Source: Promethearchaeota archaeon (GTDB lineage Archaea > Asgardarchaeota > Lokiarchaeia > Sigyniarchaeales > SOKP01). Taken from it: a stretch of DNA of 11,177 nucleotides. The notes beneath the pieces are model-generated. The model was given only the letters and a program-made list of their open reading frames with translations, made no database searches and had not been told where the DNA came from. Positions within the stretch are counted from its first letter, which is position 1, and each line of letters starts with the position of its first letter. This document shows positions 6,417 to 11,177 of the stretch, piece by piece. The position numbers were made by a program, and so were the translations under genes. The stretch covers positions 1 through 11,177 of the forward strand of contig SDNY01000116.1 of assembly GCA_004524535.1 (NCBI GenBank). Reading direction: 5' to 3'.

Positions 6417-7145
6417 TTAAACGAAAATTATTAAGATAAATACGATTCCTCCGTGTAAAATTGCGCATGCCAATAAATCTGCTTTAATTCTTAATAAACT
6501 TAATAATAAAGCCATTATAAAAACGAAAATATAGAATATCCCAAATCCTATAAATGGTAAATAAAACAAGTGAGTCACAGTGAAAACTAAAGCAGTGAAA
6601 AGAATTGTCTGGACCTCTTTCTCATTGGTTAGTTCATTTATATGATTTTGAATTATCCCTCTAAACATAATTTCTTCATAAACTGCAGCTAAAACTGTAA
6701 ATGAAATAGCAACAATTATCTTTCCTGATGTTATATCTAACGATATTTGAATATTAGCCAACATTACTATTAATGGAAGTAAAAAAAGTAATGGAATAAG
6801 ACCTATTAATCCATAGAATATACTTTTTTTAACATCCTCGACTTTTCCTCCTATTTCTTCTAATGTTGTATTTTCAATTTTAAATGTAAAAAATAATGTA
6901 ATGACCACTCCGAACACCATTAGTAGAGAGTAAAAGACAATGTCCTCAACTAAGTAAGGCATAATCCCTATAGTTTCTTGGAAAAAAATCAAAACAAACC
7001 TAACACTGAAGAGTAATAGACTTAAAGCGATAATGATTAAAAGATGTCTGTCTTCCTTACATAGTTTTGAAAGAATTGGATATGCAATTAATATAATCGG
7101 GATAACAATAATAAAATACAATAAATTAATCGCATAAAATTCCAT
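6417..7145 (-). CDS. CPBP family intramembrane glutamic endopeptidase (CAAX protease type II / Rce1 / Abi)
   Basis: 242 aa, multi-TM. Motif 1 EExxxR ('YEEIMFRG') and motif 2 FxxxH ('FTVTH') are present. The terminal His is in 'ILHGGIV', where the usual HxxxN Asn is absent. Confidence 0.9.
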   Translation of the reverse strand: MEFYAINLLYFIIVIPIILIAYPILSKLCKEDRHLLIIIALSLLLFSVRFVLIFFQETIGIMPYLVEDIVFYSLLMVFGVVITLFFTFKIENTTLEEIGGKVEDVKKSIFYGLIGLIPLLFLLPLIVMLANIQISLDITSGKIIVAISFTVLAAVYEEIMFRGIIQNHINELTNEKEVQTILFTALVFTVTHLFYLPFIGFGIFYIFVFIMALLLSLLRIKADLLACAILHGGIVFILIIFV

Positions 7146-7158
7146 AATATAATTCTGA

Positions 7159-7956
7159 TTATTTTTTATCTTTTTTTATCTTTCCTTTTAGGTTTATAAT
7201 TGTATTCTTTAAGCTCTTGATTACCTCATCCACTAATTTCTCACCATTTTCCAAATTAAAACAAGTTACAGAGAGTTCAACTTCTACAGAAAGTCCGATC
7301 CTTGGATGAGTTTTAATCCATAATCTTGGATAATGCTCCTCTAATTTAGATACATAAGGCGCCAATTGACTTTCCCCGATACCTTCTAAAATAAAGCCCT
7401 TTTCTATGAATTTACCCTTTCTTTTACTTAGAAATGGTAGGATTGCATTTCTAAAAGTTGCTTTCAATTCCGCTGGAACTCCCTGTAAACAATAAATAAT
7501 AGTCTCTTCTTCTATTATCTTCACAGCAGGAGCAGTTCCAACGGTATTAGGTAATGGAAGACTGCCCTCTGGCAAATAAGCCATTTTTTCCCTTTCAGGA
7601 GTCATTCCCTCAAGCTTAAGAATGCCACGTTTAAATGCAGCTCCATAAGCCTTCTTTATTGCTTGATAGGCATGCTTGTCAAGCTTTAATTCCCTATTTA
7701 ATGCCATAGCAACACCCTTTAAAGTCATATCATCAAACGTTGGTCCAAGCCCTCCAGAAGTAATTATGACATCTGGTTTTCTCTCTAAAATCTCTCTTAA
7801 AGCTTTTGAAATACTGTCTAAATCATCCCCGATAGCTGTTATTCTTGTAATCTGATGTCCATATTTAGTTATTCTTTTTGCCATCCAATTAGAATTAGTG
7901 TCTTTAGTCTTTCCGATAAGAATTTCATTTCCAATTATTAAAAGTTCAACGTTCAT
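7159..7956 (-). CDS. cinA: CinA-like / COG1058 molybdopterin-binding-fold protein (archaeal stand-alone type, putative ADP-ribose/NADH pyrophosphatase), no PncC domain
   Basis: Motifs 'IIGNEILIGKTKDTNSNW', 'IGDD', 'SGGLGPTFDDMT', 'NTVGTAP', 'GVPAE', 'GIGESQLAP' and 'IKTHP'. 265 aa, ending 13 nt before the CPBP gene (probable operon). Confidence 0.88.
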   Translation of the reverse strand: MNVELLIIGNEILIGKTKDTNSNWMAKRITKYGHQITRITAIGDDLDSISKALREILERKPDVIITSGGLGPTFDDMTLKGVAMALNRELKLDKHAYQAIKKAYGAAFKRGILKLEGMTPEREKMAYLPEGSLPLPNTVGTAPAVKIIEEETIIYCLQGVPAELKATFRNAILPFLSKRKGKFIEKGFILEGIGESQLAPYVSKLEEHYPRLWIKTHPRIGLSVEVELSVTCFNLENGEKLVDEVIKSLKNTIINLKGKIKKDKK

Positions 7957-8016
7957 ATCCCATTTAAAAGATATTATATTTAATTTAGATAATTAATAAT
8001 TTCATTTTATCTTATC

Positions 8017-8025
8017 TTTATATAA
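8017..8025 (+). promoter_or_regulatory. TATA-box candidate (TTTATATAA), spacing consistent with a leaderless start at ATG 8043
   Basis: Begins 26 nt upstream of ATG 8043, and there is no SD before that ATG. Confidence 0.45.
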
Positions 8026-8042
8026 CTTTAGTGATATTAATT

Positions 8043-8625
8043 ATGAAAATTCAGATTGATGACGCAGGAAAAAATTCAGATTGATGACGCAGGAACAGGA
8101 GATCTTGTAGGAGATGCATTCATTGGTTTTTTGAGAAAAAAAACTGGAGACCTTGTTTTTAGGACGCTTCCAGTTGAATTATTTCAAAACGATAACTGGA
8201 AAAATAAAATGCCATTTAAATTTGTAGTTACTCTAGTTAAGGATGGTTTAAATGAATTAAAATTTAATAAAGAAACTGAAAAGATTGAAATCTGTCGAGG
8301 GAATATTTTCGATCAAGTAAGAACTTATTTTGAAGAAGAAGGTATATATTACGAATTAGCTATTATTGATGGAAAATTGCAGGATGCTGTAGAAGGCAAA
8401 TTAGTTGAGCATCTTCGAAAATTAGGAGTAAGATCAAAAAATCTAACAACAAAATCAGGTGCCAAGCGTTATTTCGTGCTTTTTAACTGGGTTTGTTATG
8501 ATTTTTATAAACGAGAAAAGTATGTGAAAAATGGATTCAAAAAATGGAACACTGTATGGAGAGAGAAAGCGATAAAAAAATATAAAAAACTAAAACAATC
8601 AAAAAAACAGAATTATAAACGTTGA
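8043..8625 (+). CDS. Hypothetical protein with RNase HII-like N-terminal acidic motif; native start probably ATG 8043 (frameshifted by the 25-nt duplication), alternative in-frame ATG 8059
   Basis: Removing one repeat copy gives MKIQIDDAGTGDLVGDAFIG, resembling the RNase HII 'IGIDEAGRGPVIG' motif. As written, the 8043 frame stops at TGA 8082-8084, while ATG 8059 (MTQEKIQIDDAG) is open to 8625. Confidence 0.65.
8046..8095 (+). repeat. Perfect 25-nt tandem duplication (AAAATTCAGATTGATGACGCAGGAA x2)
   Basis: 8046-8070 is identical to 8071-8095. Confidence 0.97.
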
Positions 8626-8667
8626 TTAGTATTTAGAATAATTAATCTTATTTTTATGTTAATTATT

Positions 8668-9324
8668 TTATTTCAATTCGACACCACAGTTAGGGCATAT
8701 TTTAGGAGACCCCACAATTGCTTCACCACAAGCAAAACAAATTATCTTACCTCCAGGAGTTCTCTCTTTTTTTTCTCGAATCTTTAAATTACCCATATCT
8801 ATTTCTTCACTCTTTTTTTTCATCTTATCAACGTAATTTGGATCGTGCGGTGTTACTATTTTAAAGTCTTTTGGGGGGTTAATTTCTACAATCCCTTTTG
8901 GCGGACTACTAAAATCTACTTTATCCATCCAATTTTCGTCAGCCAAACCATTTGATTCAACTTTTTCAGATGCTTTTATTGGTTGGCTAATTATTTCAGT
9001 TTCCTCTAAAATTGATGGTTCATCTTTATTAACTTCTAGGGGTGGTTGTTCAGGGGATATTACTTCTTTAGGTTTTATTTCTTCAATGATTTCTTTCCTT
9101 TTAGGTGATTTTAAATCTTTAATGTGTTCAAGAATTTGTTGCGTCTTAGTTATAAGCATATTCTTATAAGAAAAGTCTAGTCCTTGGGTTTTTGAAGCCG
9201 CAATAATCATCTCCGACACTTCGATCCATAATTTTACAGCTTTTTTGAACTCATTAAATTTTTCGAACGCCCTTGCTTTAGCAATTTTTACTCCAAGTTC
9301 TTGATTAAATTTAGAGATATCCAT
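8668..9324 (-). CDS. MIT-like three-helix domain, Pro/Glu-rich linker and C-terminal zinc ribbon protein
   Basis: Probable ATG at 9324 (the ORF track starts at TTG 9348). The N-terminus 'IAKARAFEKFNEFKKAVKLWIEVSEMIIAASK...YKNMLITKTQQILEHIKDLK' fits the MIT pattern by eye. The C-terminus 'CFACG-x8-CPNCG' is a clear zinc ribbon. Confidence 0.7.
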   Translation of the reverse strand: MDISKFNQELGVKIAKARAFEKFNEFKKAVKLWIEVSEMIIAASKTQGLDFSYKNMLITKTQQILEHIKDLKSPKRKEIIEEIKPKEVISPEQPPLEVNKDEPSILEETEIISQPIKASEKVESNGLADENWMDKVDFSSPPKGIVEINPPKDFKIVTPHDPNYVDKMKKKSEEIDMGNLKIREKKERTPGGKIICFACGEAIVGSPKICPNCGVELK

Positions 9325-9510
9325 AGAGAATTTTATTTTTAATACCAAATATTAAATTTACATTAATTTCTAACTTTTACAAATAAACGAGACTTTAAAA
9401 TATTATTGTAGTCCAACACTTGATTAAATTCTATGGAAAAATTAAAATCAATTATTAAATATTAGTTTAATAAAAAAGTGAATATATTACAAGCTTAAAA
9501 TTATTCCTTT

Positions 9511-11177
9511 ATGTCTATTATAAGACCATTTTCTTCAAACGAGATAAGTAATTTAAGAGAAATTTTTGAAAAGAGTGGCTTTAAGATAAATCGAAAAATA
9601 GATAATTACTTTCGATATAGTATTTCTACGCGAGATAACGTCTTGCTTTTTAGCTTAAAATTCCCGGTAGAAATGCCCTTACCCTTACGTCTAAAGATCC
9701 CATTTGAAGTCGCAACGTTTAGGATTTCGATGGTATTTAAATTATGGAATCTCACACAGAATACCTTCAAAGTTTTAATTTATTTAATGAAAATGCTACG
9801 AAATTTATTCCTTCAAGTATCTACGGAATACCGCTTTCCAGTAAAAGGACTGGAGAATAAGATTGTTAAATTATTAAATCTTATAATGCCTGAGTATATA
9901 AAAGATGAGAACGAAAGTGCGTGGTTAAATCGAATTCGAATCTCATTATTAAATAAAAGAGATAAAATAAAAGAATTTGATAATAAAATCATTAATAGTT
10001 TAGTCGAAACTTTGAATAAAGTTGGATTAAAACCATCTTTTAAACAACCATGGGAAATTAAAAAAGGAATTCCAAAAATTAGAACTACAGAAACTTTACT
10101 TTTTTCTAATGAGGAACAAGAATTTTTTATTTTAGAAAAGGGATATTTCACCCATTTTAAAGATATAGAATACAATAAATTTTACCTAAGATCCTTTTTT
10201 GAGACATATACTCCAATCATTTTAAACGAATTGTTCGGGGATCTTCCCGAATTTAATTTAAATCTTTATTTAGAAAATTGGATTAAATATACTCGAGTAC
10301 TCTTAAATTCAATGATCGAAATCATAGATGGTGGTAAGTTAAATCAAAGCGAATTTTTAAATTTTCGGCCGAAAAAAGCCCTTGATACGCTAGATTTTGA
10401 ATTAGAAGAAAATAATTTCCCCTTTACAGCACTACATTATGAAAACTTTGTTTCAAAAGAACTATCTCCTCTGGACTATGATTTGTTTGATACACCTCCT
10501 TCAAACTTTGAAGTTATTGAAGCCATTAGAAATTATAAAATCGCGAAGGAGTTAGTAAGTTTTTATAAATTTAAAGAAGCGTCTGAAATTTTTAATGACT
10601 CTCTAAAAATCCTTAATAAATATAAACAAAAAAAAGCTGTTGTGTCAATTTTATTACGTCTAAGAAAAATTGCTTCTATTTTGAATAAAAAAAATATGGC
10701 ATTAAATTACCTTCAAAATGCTCTAGAAGTGGCGAAATCTGGAGACGTTCCTAATATTTCTATCATTAGAATCCATTATCAATTAGGAAAAACCTATTTT
10801 AACATTAAAGATTATACTAACGCATTAAAACATTTTAATGTCATAACTCCTCTCTTAGAAAATGAAAAAGAATCTCTCAAGAAAGAGGAGTATATAGGAA
10901 TATCAGCACTCCACCTTGGTTTAATATATTTAGAGCAAAATAAAAACTCTGAATCAAAAAAAAATTTAAAAAAAGCGTTTTATATAGGAAATAATAAATC
11001 TGAAAAAGTTAAATTAAAATATCACTTAATCAGTGCGAAATATTACAAGAATAAAGGAAACTTGTCCAAAGCACATAAATTGTTGACCACCTCTCTTGAA
11101 AATTTCGAGGCAACTGAAACAACCAATAAAAATATCCTTATTGATTTGTTTTTAGAATTAGCTGAGCTATACATTCA
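9511..11177 (+). CDS. TPR-repeat-containing protein, 3'-partial (runs off the window, missing from the ORF track)
   Basis: Frame is open from ATG 9511 (MSIIRPFSSNEISNLREIFEKSGF) to the window end, at least 555 codons. TPR-like motifs from about 10520 include 'IHYQLGKTYFNIKDYTNALKHF', 'ALHLGLIYLEQNKNSESKKNLKKAF' and 'MALNYLQNALEVAK'. The roughly 330-aa N-terminal region is not recognised. Confidence 0.85.
   Translation, partial: MSIIRPFSSNEISNLREIFEKSGFKINRKIDNYFRYSISTRDNVLLFSLKFPVEMPLPLRLKIPFEVATFRISMVFKLWNLTQNTFKVLIYLMKMLRNLFLQVSTEYRFPVKGLENKIVKLLNLIMPEYIKDENESAWLNRIRISLLNKRDKIKEFDNKIINSLVETLNKVGLKPSFKQPWEIKKGIPKIRTTETLLFSNEEQEFFILEKGYFTHFKDIEYNKFYLRSFFETYTPIILNELFGDLPEFNLNLYLENWIKYTRVLLNSMIEIIDGGKLNQSEFLNFRPKKALDTLDFELEENNFPFTALHYENFVSKELSPLDYDLFDTPPSNFEVIEAIRNYKIAKELVSFYKFKEASEIFNDSLKILNKYKQKKAVVSILLRLRKIASILNKKNMALNYLQNALEVAKSGDVPNISIIRIHYQLGKTYFNIKDYTNALKHFNVITPLLENEKESLKKEEYIGISALHLGLIYLEQNKNSESKKNLKKAFYIGNNKSEKVKLKYHLISAKYYKNKGNLSKAHKLLTTSLENFEATETTNKNILIDLFLELAELYI

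Noticed and set aside
8046-8095. CRISPR repeat or insertion target-site duplication
   Set aside because: Only two copies with no spacer or intervening element, the sequence is coding, and the window has no cas or transposase genes.
9813-10175. 120-aa minus-strand ORF
   Set aside because: Antisense to the long + strand TPR ORF that starts at 9511.

Overview
Very AT-rich archaeal DNA, most likely from an Asgard (Lokiarchaeia-like) archaeon. This is inferred from a eukaryote-type 3'-UTR SECIS, GAGGTG ribosome-binding sites mixed with apparently leaderless genes, and MIT-, HEAT/PCI- and TPR-type proteins. Genes in order: a MaoC/hot-dog dehydratase pair; a heme-binding ferric-reductase-like membrane protein; a 983-aa HEAT/coiled-coil/winged-helix/Ig-like protein with adaptin-like architecture; selenophosphate synthetase selD; a 38-codon hydrophobic small ORF missing from the ORF track; a CPBP (Rce1/Abi) intramembrane protease; a CinA/COG1058 protein; an RNase HII-like hypothetical protein with a perfect 25-nt tandem duplication at its start; a MIT-like/Zn-ribbon protein; and a TPR protein running off the right edge. 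The ORF track truncates selD, which probably starts at 4989, reads through an in-frame UGA (Sec) and has an AUGA/GA SECIS right after its stop. The most novel-looking element is the small secreted or membrane peptide gene: its RBS is sequestered in a hairpin and it lies directly downstream of the CPBP protease.
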